Notes: generated by a model not told the origin, from the sequence alone. A DNA stretch of 32,000 bases from Mucisphaera calidilacus (GCF_007748075.1 NZ_CP036280.1:810001-842000); one strand, 5' to 3'. Positions 8,608 through 17,410 are shown, numbered from the stretch's first letter. Program-made: numbers and translations.

Positions 8608-9713
8608 GCCGAAGGCCTGGACGAACGCAGGAACGGGCTGCTCCGCATGCCGTCGAGCGGACGGATGAACAGCCCCGCCGCCGCAAGGCCCAGCATCGCG
8701 CCCTCCACGCTCTGCGTGAAGAGCATCCCGCTCACCGACAGCAGGCCCGCCAGACTCGCGTACACCGCACGCCCGGGGAGGCTGATCGGCGAAGCACTGC
8801 CCGCGATCAGCACCAGCAGCAGCACGATCGGCGTCGCCAGCACGACGTGAATCGTCCACGCCGCCGCGCCACGGAGTCCCGTCGCCAGCAACGACTCCAC
8901 CACCATCAGCGTCGCGCCCGGACTCGGCCACAGCAGCAGCGTCAGCACCGCAGCGACCAGCCCGTAAGCCGGCACACGCCAGTAGGTCAATCGACGCCCC
9001 AGCAGCCACGCACCCACGAGCAGAATCACGGGCAACGACACCTGCCCCACACAACTCGGGTGGGTGTCCCACAAAGCGCCAAACACCGAAGGCGTGCCGT
9101 GATCCAGAACACCCCGCACGTACAACCCCGGATCAACCGCCACCTCATCAAACGCCTCCAGCAACCACACGCCCGTCGGCAGCGACGCGTCCGCCATGCC
9201 AAGGGGCTGCGTCTCGAACGCCTCGCCCGAGGTCACCGCACGCACCACCGCCGCGTCGCCCGACGCCGGCGCAACAGGCACCCACGCCGTCGCCAGTGAC
9301 CACGTCAGCAGCACGCCCAGCAGCGCCGGATGAACACGCACCGGCGAGCTGCGACCCACCCACACCGACACCACGCCCGTCAAAACCCCAGCGACCAGCG
9401 CACGCACCGGACCATCCATCGGCCTCAGCAGCAGCGCAGTGGTCACACCCAGCGTCACCAGGTAAACCGACTTGGGCAGCACCGCCGTCCAGCACCACGA
9501 ACGAACCACAACCCGTGTCAGCACGCCGCCCGCAACAGCACCCACGGCGCACAGCACCACCAGCACCAACGCCGACAACCCCAACGCCAGACAGGCCACC
9601 ACGACCAGCGCAACCAGACCCGCAAGCATCTGAACATCGCAGTGCGTCGTCGTCACCGCCGTCCGCAACCACGGCGACCCGCCCACCCGAGCATCTCGCG
9701 TCGACTCAGTCAC
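8604..9713 (-). CDS. RnfD/NqrB-like polytopic membrane protein (divergent)
   Basis: Collinear similarity by eye to E. coli RsxD/RnfD: LVTLGVTTALLLRP...VAGVLTGVV vs ALLTGLLLAVSIPP...VLGTVFAVI; LLVGAWLLGRRLTYWRVP vs LAGGVWLLWQKAIRWHIP; C-terminal AVYASLAGLL vs LIFGALAGLL. Start uncertain. I chose GTG 9713 (8-nt GTGACTGA overlap with the upstream stop, a pattern seen twice more in this window). The alternative is ATG 9734. Confidence 0.55.
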   Translation of the reverse strand: MTESTRDARVGGSPWLRTAVTTTHCDVQMLAGLVALVVVACLALGLSALVLVVLCAVGAVAGGVLTRVVVRSWCWTAVLPKSVYLVTLGVTTALLLRPMDGPVRALVAGVLTGVVSVWVGRSSPVRVHPALLGVLLTWSLATAWVPVAPASGDAAVVRAVTSGEAFETQPLGMADASLPTGVWLLEAFDEVAVDPGLYVRGVLDHGTPSVFGALWDTHPSCVGQVSLPVILLVGAWLLGRRLTYWRVPAYGLVAAVLTLLLWPSPGATLMVVESLLATGLRGAAAWTIHVVLATPIVLLLVLIAGSASPISLPGRAVYASLAGLLSVSGMLFTQSVEGAMLGLAAAGLFIRPLDGMRSSPFLRSSRPSA

Positions 9714-10731
9714 CGCACGACTCCCGTTGAACATGCCGACCGCGCAGCACCGTCGCCAGGTCGATCGCCGACGGACACACACGCGTGCACAGGCCGCAGT
9801 CCAGACACCAGTCCAGCTTCGGATCCACCCGCCGATCACGCTCGATCACACGCACCAGCTCGATCGGCCGCAGGTGTGTCGGGCAAACCTCCGCGCACCA
9901 GCCGCACTGAATACAAGGCTCGGGCGCACGCCATGACACACTACCTGAGACACCGAAGATCGCCTCCACGTCACCGCTCAGCCGCCGACCCTCCAGCACA
10001 CGACCCGACAGCGGATCACCACACGCGACGGCCCCGCCCCGAAGGATCGATTCATCCAGCGGCCCGGGCGCAAGCCATCGGATCACACCCTCGGTCGACG
10101 CCACATCCTCGGCCACCCAAACCGGACGCGATCGCTCCAACCGCCCCGAACGCAACCACCGCGCAAGCCGGACACACAACCACGGGTCCACCATCACCAT
10201 CCCAACCGTCGTCGGGCAGCACCCCGGCGCCAGCCGGCGACGCCCGCCCGTCGCCGTGTGCCACGCGATCAGCGTCGGATCCGCCGCCGGGTAGACCGCC
10301 GACAACGACAAACGGCGCACGCCACGCTCACGCGCAAGACGACGGATCACCCGGCCGCCCGACATACCCCGGTCCATCGCCAGCATCCGAATCTTCGCGC
10401 CGCTCAGCGACGCAAGCAGCTCCAGCCCCTCCATCACCTCGTTCGGATACGTCCGAAGCAGCGCCCCGCGGATCGAGAAGGGCGGATACCGATCCAGACC
10501 CACGCAGATCACAAGGTCAGCAGGACGTTCAAGCACCCGTTCCAGCTGCTCATCGACGCCAGGCAGCCCCGCCTGCTCCCAGCCGCCCACTTCCTGCATC
10601 GCATCCAGCCACGCACGCAGCCCCGCACCACGCTCAGGACACGACACCGACGACCCGACATCCTCGGGAGGATCGGGAACCAGCAGCGCCGCACCACGCT
10701 CGAACTCCATGCCGCCGCAACGTCGGTCCAT
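9706..10731 (-). CDS. RnfC-like iron-sulfur protein (two 4Fe-4S motifs, degenerate N-terminal part)
   Basis: C-terminal CIQCGWCAEVCP and CLDCGLCTRVCP (two CxxCxxCxxxCP ferredoxin motifs), spaced as in RnfC. The upstream region resembles the RnfC 51K/SLBB part only weakly (VGGWEQAGLPG, ADLVICVGLD, YPAADPTLI). Confidence 0.6.
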   Translation of the reverse strand: MDRRCGGMEFERGAALLVPDPPEDVGSSVSCPERGAGLRAWLDAMQEVGGWEQAGLPGVDEQLERVLERPADLVICVGLDRYPPFSIRGALLRTYPNEVMEGLELLASLSGAKIRMLAMDRGMSGGRVIRRLARERGVRRLSLSAVYPAADPTLIAWHTATGGRRRLAPGCCPTTVGMVMVDPWLCVRLARWLRSGRLERSRPVWVAEDVASTEGVIRWLAPGPLDESILRGGAVACGDPLSGRVLEGRRLSGDVEAIFGVSGSVSWRAPEPCIQCGWCAEVCPTHLRPIELVRVIERDRRVDPKLDWCLDCGLCTRVCPSAIDLATVLRGRHVQRESCGD

Positions 10732-10781
10732 TGCCCCATCCTATCTCACTTCACACCCCAAACCCGAAATCTGCCGATCAC

Positions 10782-10810
10782 TCGACTCGCCACGCCCCGA
10801 CATCTACAAT
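10782..10810 (+). promoter_or_regulatory. Candidate sigma-70-type promoter for nadA
   Basis: TCGACT (10782-10787), a 17-nt spacer, then TACAAT (10805-10810). It is followed by AAGGAG (10825-10830) 6 nt before GTG 10837. Sequence pattern only. Confidence 0.3.
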
Positions 10811-10836
10811 GAGGTGTTCTACGCAAGGAGCCTTCC

Positions 10837-12021
10837 GTGACACAGCTCTGGCAGCCGCCGCTCGCCCCCAAGTACACCCAGGCCTCCGACGAGCAACTCG
10901 TCGAAGCCATCAACGCGCGCAGGCAGGAACTCGGCTCCTCCGTCGTCGTCCTCGGACACCACTACCAGCAGGACGAAGTCATCCGGTTTGCCGACTTCCT
11001 CGGCGACTCCTTCAAACTCTCCCAACTCGCCGCCGAACGCGTCACCGAGGTCGGCGCCAAGGCCGTCATCTTCCTCGGCGTCCACTTCATGGCCGAGTCC
11101 GCCGACATCCTCACGCCCGACGACGTCGCCGTTATCCTCCCCGACCTCTCCGCCGGGTGCTCCATGGCCGACATGGCCGACCACGAAGACGTCGTCGACG
11201 CATGGGATCAACTCAACGACGTCATCGACGACAACACCCGCGTCATCCCCATCACCTACATGAACTCCACCGCCGCCATCAAGGCCTTCTGCGGCGAGCA
11301 CGGCGGCGCGGTCTGCACCTCCTCCAACGCCCGGGCCATCATCGAGTGGGCCCTCCGCGGCGGCGACACGCCCCGCGCCGACAACGAGCAGATCAAGGTC
11401 CTCTTCCTCCCCGACCAGCACCTCGGACGCAACACCGCTGCGCTCCTCGGCTACGACGTCCACAAGCAGACCTGCCTCTGGGACCCCAGGCACCCCGAGG
11501 GCCTCGGCGGCAACAACCCCAAAACCATCGCCCAATCCACCTTCCTCCTCTGGAAGGGGCACTGCTCGGTCCACAAACTCTTCCGCCCCGAGCACGTCGA
11601 CCAGATCCGCGAGCAGTGGTCCGACGTCAAGGTCATCGTCCACCCCGAGTGCGACCACGCCGTGGTCCAGAAGGCCGACATGACCGGCTCCACCGAGAAA
11701 ATCATCGAGACCATCGAGCAGGCCGAGCCCGGCACACGATGGGCCATCGGCACCGAGGTCCACCTCGTCAACCGGCTCAGCAGGCAGGCCGCCAACCGAG
11801 GCGTCATGGCACGCATCCTCTCCGACTGCCAGTGCCTCTGCACCACCATGTACCGCATCGACATGCCCCACCTGCTCTACGTCCTCGACGAACTCGCCGA
11901 GGGACGCACGACCAACCGCGTCGCCGTCGAGCCGGCCATCAAACACTGGTCGCTCCGCGCCCTCGACCGCATGCTCCAGATCACCGGCGCGCCGCCGCTC
12001 AAGACCTCCGAACCCGCCTGA
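10837..12021 (+). CDS. nadA: Quinolinate synthase
   Basis: VVVLGHHYQQDEVIRFADFLGDSFKLS and FLGVHFMAESADIL are typical NadA motifs. Conserved cysteines are present (SAGCSMA, HPEC, CQCLCTTM). Confidence 0.9.
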   Translation: MTQLWQPPLAPKYTQASDEQLVEAINARRQELGSSVVVLGHHYQQDEVIRFADFLGDSFKLSQLAAERVTEVGAKAVIFLGVHFMAESADILTPDDVAVILPDLSAGCSMADMADHEDVVDAWDQLNDVIDDNTRVIPITYMNSTAAIKAFCGEHGGAVCTSSNARAIIEWALRGGDTPRADNEQIKVLFLPDQHLGRNTAALLGYDVHKQTCLWDPRHPEGLGGNNPKTIAQSTFLLWKGHCSVHKLFRPEHVDQIREQWSDVKVIVHPECDHAVVQKADMTGSTEKIIETIEQAEPGTRWAIGTEVHLVNRLSRQAANRGVMARILSDCQCLCTTMYRIDMPHLLYVLDELAEGRTTNRVAVEPAIKHWSLRALDRMLQITGAPPLKTSEPA

Positions 12022-12059
12022 CCGGGCCGAGTCGTTAACATCGCACCCGGAGGTACCGC

Positions 12060-13211
12060 ATGACCCGCACGCTGTTGTCAATCATCGCCACGGTTCTCAC
12101 GTTTGTCACGACCGCCTGCGCCACGCCGCCGAGCAGCAGCAACACGGAACCCCCGACTATGAACCACCAACGCCCGCGCCAACTCGGCTTCACCTTCGGC
12201 ACCCTCCCCGCCGGGCCCCTCAACGCCATCACCGACGTCGCGGGCGTCACCGTCGGGCACACCACCCTCATCGAGGGCGACGCCATCCGCACCGGCGTCA
12301 CCGCCATCCTCCCCCACCAGGGCAACCTGTACCGAGAGAAAACACCCGCCGCCGTCTTCGTCGGCAACGGCTACGGCAAGCTCGCCGGCTCCACCCAGGT
12401 CCAAGAACTCGGCACCCTCGAAACCCCCGTCATCCTCACCAACACCCTCTCCGTCGCCGCCGGCATCGAAGGCGCCATCCGCTACAGCCTCGGCCACCCC
12501 GACAACCAGGGCCTCCGCTCCATCAACGCCCTCGTCGGCGAGACCAACGACAGCTACCTCAACGACATCCGCGCCCTCGCCGTCAGGCCGCAACACGTCA
12601 TCGACGCCATCACCAGCGCCGCCGACGGACCCGTCGCCGAAGGCTCGGTCGGCGCCGGCACCGGCACCACCTCCTTCGGTTACAAGGGCGGCATCGGCAC
12701 CGCATCCAGAACCCTCCCCGCAGAGCGAGGCGGATACACCCTCGGCGTCCTCGTCCAGACCAACTTCGGCGGCGACCTCACCATCAGCGGGCTCCCCGTC
12801 GGCCGTGCCCTGAAAGAACCACCCAAGACCACCGACGACGGCTCCTGCATGATCGTCATCGCCACCGACGCACCCCTCTCCCCACGCAACCTCAAACGCC
12901 TCGCCGCACGCGCCATGCTCGGACTCGCACCCACCGGATCCTACATCTCCAACGGCTCAGGCGACTACGCCATCGCCTTCTCCACCGCCTACCGAATCCG
13001 CGAATCCGGCCTCCACGAAGAGCCCGTCGCCCTGCTCGCCAACAGAGCGATGTCGCCGCTCTTCCAGGCCTCGGTCGAAGCCACCGAGGAAGCCGTCATT
13101 AACGCACTCTTCGCCGCCACCACGATCACCGGACGCGACGGCAACACCCGCCACGCCATCCCCGTCGACCGCGTTCTCGACATCGCACGGCACCACCGCG
13201 TGATCGATTGA
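12060..13211 (+). CDS. P1/S58 family peptidase (DmpA-like L-aminopeptidase/D-esterase), secreted or lipoprotein
   Basis: GPLNAITDVAGVTVGHTTL, TGVTAILP, GETNDSYLNDI and GSVGAGTGTTSFGYKGGIGTAS match the DmpA/S58 family. N-terminal signal with Cys (LTFVTTAC). GGAGG lies 7 nt before the ATG. Confidence 0.85.
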   Translation: MTRTLLSIIATVLTFVTTACATPPSSSNTEPPTMNHQRPRQLGFTFGTLPAGPLNAITDVAGVTVGHTTLIEGDAIRTGVTAILPHQGNLYREKTPAAVFVGNGYGKLAGSTQVQELGTLETPVILTNTLSVAAGIEGAIRYSLGHPDNQGLRSINALVGETNDSYLNDIRALAVRPQHVIDAITSAADGPVAEGSVGAGTGTTSFGYKGGIGTASRTLPAERGGYTLGVLVQTNFGGDLTISGLPVGRALKEPPKTTDDGSCMIVIATDAPLSPRNLKRLAARAMLGLAPTGSYISNGSGDYAIAFSTAYRIRESGLHEEPVALLANRAMSPLFQASVEATEEAVINALFAATTITGRDGNTRHAIPVDRVLDIARHHRVID

Positions 13212-13221
13212 CACACGATCC

Positions 13222-13884
13222 TCACTCCTCCGTGACAACCCTCACCACCTCGTTCGGTCGCAGAATCCGCTCCGGCATGGACTCGGGTGTAAACAGATAC
13301 CGCTCCAAACCCTCGCGCTCATCGCGCTTTAACTCCACCGCGATACGGCCCTCCGCGTCCGCCGACGCATCCACCTCCTCCAGAAACGCCCGGAGCGTCA
13401 GGCCCGGACGATCACCGATCGCGTAACTCTGCAGCACCTGGCCCCGACGCAGAAACACCTCGCCCTCCTCGTAAGGCGTAATCCGGCCGATCGCCTCGAT
13501 GCTGATTCGGTCTCCCTTGCGCAGCGGGAGATCCGGAAAATTCATCACCGAGCCCTCAGCCTGGAACGTCTCCACCGAGCCATCCCCATGCGTCAGCGTC
13601 AGCTTCCACGGGCCACGCCCGTCGACTCCCGACGCCGCATACACCAGATCCACCAGCGTCAGCACGCCCTGATCCTCCTCCGGAAGCACGTAGTGCCCGG
13701 GCCGATTCACACCCGTGATCTGCGTCATCGGCCGGTCCGGAACGACAGCCTCCACCTCCCCCTCCGCCGACTCGGCCACCTCAGGGGTCGCTCGCTTCTG
13801 CTTGCCACCAACAGGCAGCCACATCAGACCCATCATGAGGATCAGAATGATCGCTCCGCCCGCAACCAGCCCTTGTTTGCTCAT
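13222..13884 (-). CDS. Membrane-anchored protein with SLBB-like (polysaccharide-export-type beta-grasp) repeats
   Basis: One N-terminal TM helix (GGAIILILMMGLMWL), then two segments resembling SLBB domains (ITGVNRPGHYVLPEEDQGVLTLVDLVYAASGV; GDRISIEA...VFLRRGQVLQSYAIGDRPGLTLRAFLEEV). The assignment is by eye and weak. Confidence 0.45.
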   Translation of the reverse strand: MSKQGLVAGGAIILILMMGLMWLPVGGKQKRATPEVAESAEGEVEAVVPDRPMTQITGVNRPGHYVLPEEDQGVLTLVDLVYAASGVDGRGPWKLTLTHGDGSVETFQAEGSVMNFPDLPLRKGDRISIEAIGRITPYEEGEVFLRRGQVLQSYAIGDRPGLTLRAFLEEVDASADAEGRIAVELKRDEREGLERYLFTPESMPERILRPNEVVRVVTEE

Positions 13885-13955
13885 CAGCCACTTCCCGGTA
13901 AACAGGTCCGTGAACCATTACGATAACCGCTCGCACCGCAATCCCGAAGACGAGT

Positions 13956-14930
13956 ATGGAGCAGAGCATGGATTTCTCTCAGGAACGCGTCGTGGTCACG
14001 GGCGGCGCCGGTTTTCTCGGACGCTCCGTCTGCGCAAAACTCCGCGAGCGTGGCGTCTCCGACGACCGCCTCATCATCCCCCGCCGCAAGGACTACGACC
14101 TCACCCTCGAGGCCGACGTCGCACGGCTCTACGCCGACGCAAAGCCCACCGTCGTCATCCACCTCGCCGCCGAGGTCGGCGGCATCGGCGCCAACCGCGA
14201 CCACCCCGGACGCTTCTTCTTCGCCAACGCCGCCATGGGACTCCACCTCATCGAGCACGGCCGCATCAACAACCTCAAAAAGTTCGTCCAGACCGGCACC
14301 GTCTGCGCCTACCCGAAGTTCGCCGAGGTCCCCTTCCGCGAAGACACCATCTGGGACGGCTACCCCGAAGAGACCAACGCGCCCTACGGCGTCGCCAAGA
14401 AGGCCCTCTTCGTCATGCTCGACGGCTACCGACGCGAATACAACCTCGCCAGCTCCGTCGTCGTCCCCGTCAACCTATTCGGGCCCCACGACAACTTCGA
14501 CCTCCACACCTCCCACGTCATCCCCGCCCTCATCCGCAAGTGCATCGAGGCCCGCGAGAACAACGCCGACCACATCGAGTGCTGGGGCACCGGCTCCGCC
14601 TCCCGCGAGTTCCTCTACGTCGATGACGCCGCCGAGGGCATCATCGTTGCCACCGAAAAGATGGACGACCCCACCCCCATCAACCTCGGCACCGGCTCCG
14701 AGATCACCATCAAGGACCTCGTCGAACTCATCGTGAAACTCACCAACTTCCAGGGCGAGATCCGCTGGGACGCCACCAAGCCCGACGGCCAGCCCCGACG
14801 CTGCCTCGATACCTCCAAGGCCGAAAAACGCCTCGGCTGGAAGGCGCAGGTCAACCTCGAACAAGGCCTCCGCGAAACCATCGAGTGGTTCGAGCAGCAG
14901 GACGAAGTCCGCGAAGTGGTCTACGGATAA
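13956..14930 (+). CDS. fcl: GDP-L-fucose synthase
   Basis: VVVTGGAGFLG Rossmann motif, VIHLAAEVGGIGAN, catalytic YxxxK in NAPYGVAKKAL, and FREDTIWDGYPEETN are typical of Fcl/WcaG. An alternative in-frame ATG is at 13968. Confidence 0.9.
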   Translation: MEQSMDFSQERVVVTGGAGFLGRSVCAKLRERGVSDDRLIIPRRKDYDLTLEADVARLYADAKPTVVIHLAAEVGGIGANRDHPGRFFFANAAMGLHLIEHGRINNLKKFVQTGTVCAYPKFAEVPFREDTIWDGYPEETNAPYGVAKKALFVMLDGYRREYNLASSVVVPVNLFGPHDNFDLHTSHVIPALIRKCIEARENNADHIECWGTGSASREFLYVDDAAEGIIVATEKMDDPTPINLGTGSEITIKDLVELIVKLTNFQGEIRWDATKPDGQPRRCLDTSKAEKRLGWKAQVNLEQGLRETIEWFEQQDEVREVVYG

Positions 14931-14933
14931 GCC

Positions 14934-15893
14934 ATGCCCGACCGCACGGTCATCACCATCGGGAACTTCGACGGCGTCCACCTCGGACACCGCGCCATCC
15001 TCCGCAACGCACGCGCCCTCGCCGACGAAAACCACGCCACCCTCCTCGCCCTCTCCTTCGATCCCCACCCCGCCACGCGGCTCCACCCCGACACCGTCCC
15101 GCCACGACTCACCACCCGCGCCCAACGCGAGACCGCACTCCGCCACGCCGGCGCCGACCACGTGATCTTCCTCACACCCGACCGGGCCACCCTCGACCTC
15201 GAACCCGAAGCCTTCATCCGGCAACTCATCGACGACCACCACCCCGTCGCCTTCGTCGAAGGCCCCGACTTCCGATTCGGCCACAACCGACGCGGCGACC
15301 TCGACATGCTCCGCGACCTCGGCCGGCAGCACGACTTCCAGGTCCACATCACCCAGCCCGTCGGAGTCACCCTCCACGACCGCTGGCAGCACACCGCCTC
15401 CAGCTCGCTCGCACGCTGGCTCATCGGACGCGGACGCGTCGAAGACGCCACCCTCGTCCTCGGACGACCCTTCGCCCTCCAGTCCACCGTCACGCGAGGC
15501 GAACAACGCGGAAGGACCATCGGCTTCCCCACCATCAACCTCCACCCCCAGCCCATCGCCGACATGATCCTCCCCGCCGACGGCGTCTACGCCGGCACCG
15601 CCTGCCTCCGCAAGCGCGAACACCCCGCCGCCATCAGCGTCGGCACCAAACCCTCGTTCGACGCCGACGCCCTCACCGTCGAGGCCCACCTCCTCGACTT
15701 CGACCAAGACGTCTACGACCAGCCCGTCACCCTCGAGTTCACACGCTGGCTGCGCGACCAGGCTCGCTTCCCCGACCTCGACGCACTCACCGACCAACTC
15801 GCCCGCGACGTCGAGCAGGTGAGAACCCACGCCGACAAGGGCCGCCTCGCCCCCACCGCCCGCGCCATGGCACCCATCATCAGCCGCCTGTAA
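14934..15893 (+). CDS. ribF: Bifunctional riboflavin kinase / FMN adenylyltransferase
   Basis: ITIGNFDGVHLGHRAIL (FAD synthetase motif) and RTIGFPTINL (riboflavin kinase motif). Starts 3 nt after the fcl stop. Confidence 0.9.
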   Translation: MPDRTVITIGNFDGVHLGHRAILRNARALADENHATLLALSFDPHPATRLHPDTVPPRLTTRAQRETALRHAGADHVIFLTPDRATLDLEPEAFIRQLIDDHHPVAFVEGPDFRFGHNRRGDLDMLRDLGRQHDFQVHITQPVGVTLHDRWQHTASSSLARWLIGRGRVEDATLVLGRPFALQSTVTRGEQRGRTIGFPTINLHPQPIADMILPADGVYAGTACLRKREHPAAISVGTKPSFDADALTVEAHLLDFDQDVYDQPVTLEFTRWLRDQARFPDLDALTDQLARDVEQVRTHADKGRLAPTARAMAPIISRL

Positions 15894-15922
15894 CACCCGC
15901 ACACCCGCACCGGAGCTCCGCC

Positions 15923-16963
15923 TTGCCCGACACCGCCGACGGCCGACCCCAGCTCACCGACTACACCTCCACACACGACGCCGCACAGGCCGCCGACTGG
16001 CTCCGCGCCGCGCCCGAGCCGGTCCGCGTCATCACCCACGCCAAGCCCGATGGCGACGCCTTCGGCAGTGTTGTCGCCGTCGTCGCCACCCTCCGCGCCC
16101 TCGGCAAAGACGCCATCGGATACGTCCTGCCCCCCGTGCCCGCCGGCATCACCCACCTCCCCGGGCAGGACCTCGTCCACACCGTCACCGAAGCCGACGC
16201 CCTCAAGCAACCCGGCTCCACCGTCATCGTCGACACCGGAGCATGGTCCCAGGTCAGCCGACTCGCCGACGCCCTCGACGACAACCTCGACAACACCCTC
16301 CTCATCGACCACCACCTCTCGGGCAACATCCCCGCAAAGCACCGGCACATCGACCCCAACGCCGCCGCCTGCTGCGAGATCCTCTGGCCCATCCTCAACC
16401 TGATCCTCACCGACGCCGGCCTCCCCGTCCCCATCCCGGTCCGCGACGGACTCTTCGCCGGCATCACCTCCGACACCGGCTGGTTCCGCTTCTCCAACGC
16501 AAGGCCCGAAACCCTCCGCGCCGCCGCCGACCTCCTCGAGCTCGGCGTCGACCACGCGGCACTCTACGGCGCCCTCGATCAGAGCGAACGACCCGAAAAA
16601 CTCGCCCTGCTCCGACGCGCTATCGACTCCCTCGAACTGCTCAACAACGCCAGCGTCGCCCTCATGTCCCTCGCCAGAGACGACTTCAAGGCCGCCGGCG
16701 GCCGCGAGGAAGAAACCGAGCGCTTCGTCGACCTCCCGCAGATCGTCCAGACCGTCCAGGTCGTCGCCCTCGTCTGCGAAACACTCGACGGCAAGGGCTG
16801 CAAGATCAGCTTCCGCTCCAAACCCGGGCCTCATGCCGTCAACGTCGCCGAACTCGCCGCCAGCCTCGGCGGAGGCGGCCACGCCCGCGCCGCCGGTGCC
16901 AAGGTCACCACGCCTTTCCCCGAATTACTGAGCGATGTTCGTCAGCGTTTAATGAGCCTGTAA
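15923..16963 (+). CDS. DHH/DHHA1 family phosphoesterase (NrnA-like oligoribonuclease/pAp phosphatase)
   Basis: DHH motifs HAKPDGDAFGS, IVDTG, LIDHHLS and DHHA1 GGGGHARAAGA. There is no in-frame ATG after the ribF stop. TTG 15923 is preceded by GGAG (15912-15915). The long ORF-track extension back to 14885 is an Arg/Pro-rich artefact overlapping ribF. Confidence 0.8.
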   Translation: MPDTADGRPQLTDYTSTHDAAQAADWLRAAPEPVRVITHAKPDGDAFGSVVAVVATLRALGKDAIGYVLPPVPAGITHLPGQDLVHTVTEADALKQPGSTVIVDTGAWSQVSRLADALDDNLDNTLLIDHHLSGNIPAKHRHIDPNAAACCEILWPILNLILTDAGLPVPIPVRDGLFAGITSDTGWFRFSNARPETLRAAADLLELGVDHAALYGALDQSERPEKLALLRRAIDSLELLNNASVALMSLARDDFKAAGGREEETERFVDLPQIVQTVQVVALVCETLDGKGCKISFRSKPGPHAVNVAELAASLGGGGHARAAGAKVTTPFPELLSDVRQRLMSL

Positions 16964-17006
16964 AGGCTATTTCGCCGGTATTTCGTGCCCGATCAGCGGT
17001 CCGGCT

Positions 17007-17258
17007 CGTGGATAACGTGGGGGAATGGCCCCAAAGCTACCCTTAGCTAACTCATACAGACGCCGCTCTGGCAGGAACGATTGTCCGTAAATACGCCTTA
17101 ATTGCCCTTCGGGGGGCGATCAGAAGCATATCGCGTACCAATCGACTCATGAATACAGGTCAATCCGTAGACCGACTCTCGCGATGTGGATTACCCGTGG
17201 TGACAAACTGGGTAACTCAGGGTGACCTGGCGCATGCGCATCCTCATCCTGTGGACAA
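17007..17258. promoter_or_regulatory. Cluster of three DnaA-box-like 9-mers (8/9 matches to TGTGGATAA, same orientation)
   Basis: CGTGGATAA 17007-17015, TGTGGATTA 17185-17193 and TGTGGACAA 17250-17258, all read on the + strand inside a low-GC non-coding island. Motif matching only. Confidence 0.4.
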
Positions 17259-17363
17259 GCTGTCCGATCGCGACGCCTCCTGACACCACCATGGCCGACC
17301 AAAAAAACCTTCCCCGCGTAAACCGGTGTCTTTTCGCGATTTGAAGCGATTGCGCCAGCTTAA

Positions 17364-17410
17364 CCCCTAGATAAGCTAAAGAAAACCATTGCGAACCCAA
17401 GATATAGTGT
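17364..17410. promoter_or_regulatory. NrdR-box-like tandem (one good box, one half-matching box 31 nt upstream)
   Basis: ACCCAAGATATAGTGT (17395-17410) matches 14/16 positions of the NrdR-box consensus acaCwAtATaTwGtgt as I recall it. CCCCTAGATAAGCTAA (17364-17379) shares only the left half, CCCwAGATA. Confidence 0.3.

Noticed and set aside
9330-12038. 902-aa + strand ORF, with similar giant ORFs at 7695-9299 (+), 18705-20609 (+), 24343-25968 (+), 14885-15922 (+, the part upstream of the DHH gene), 14475-15902 (-), 18673-20076 (-), 10819-12081 (-) and 3229-4332 (-)
   Set aside because: Their translations are low-complexity Arg/Pro/His/Gly/Asp-rich strings with no recognisable motifs. They lie in alternative frames or antisense to genes with clear family signatures. 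Long spurious ORFs like these are expected in roughly 70% G+C DNA, where stop codons are rare.
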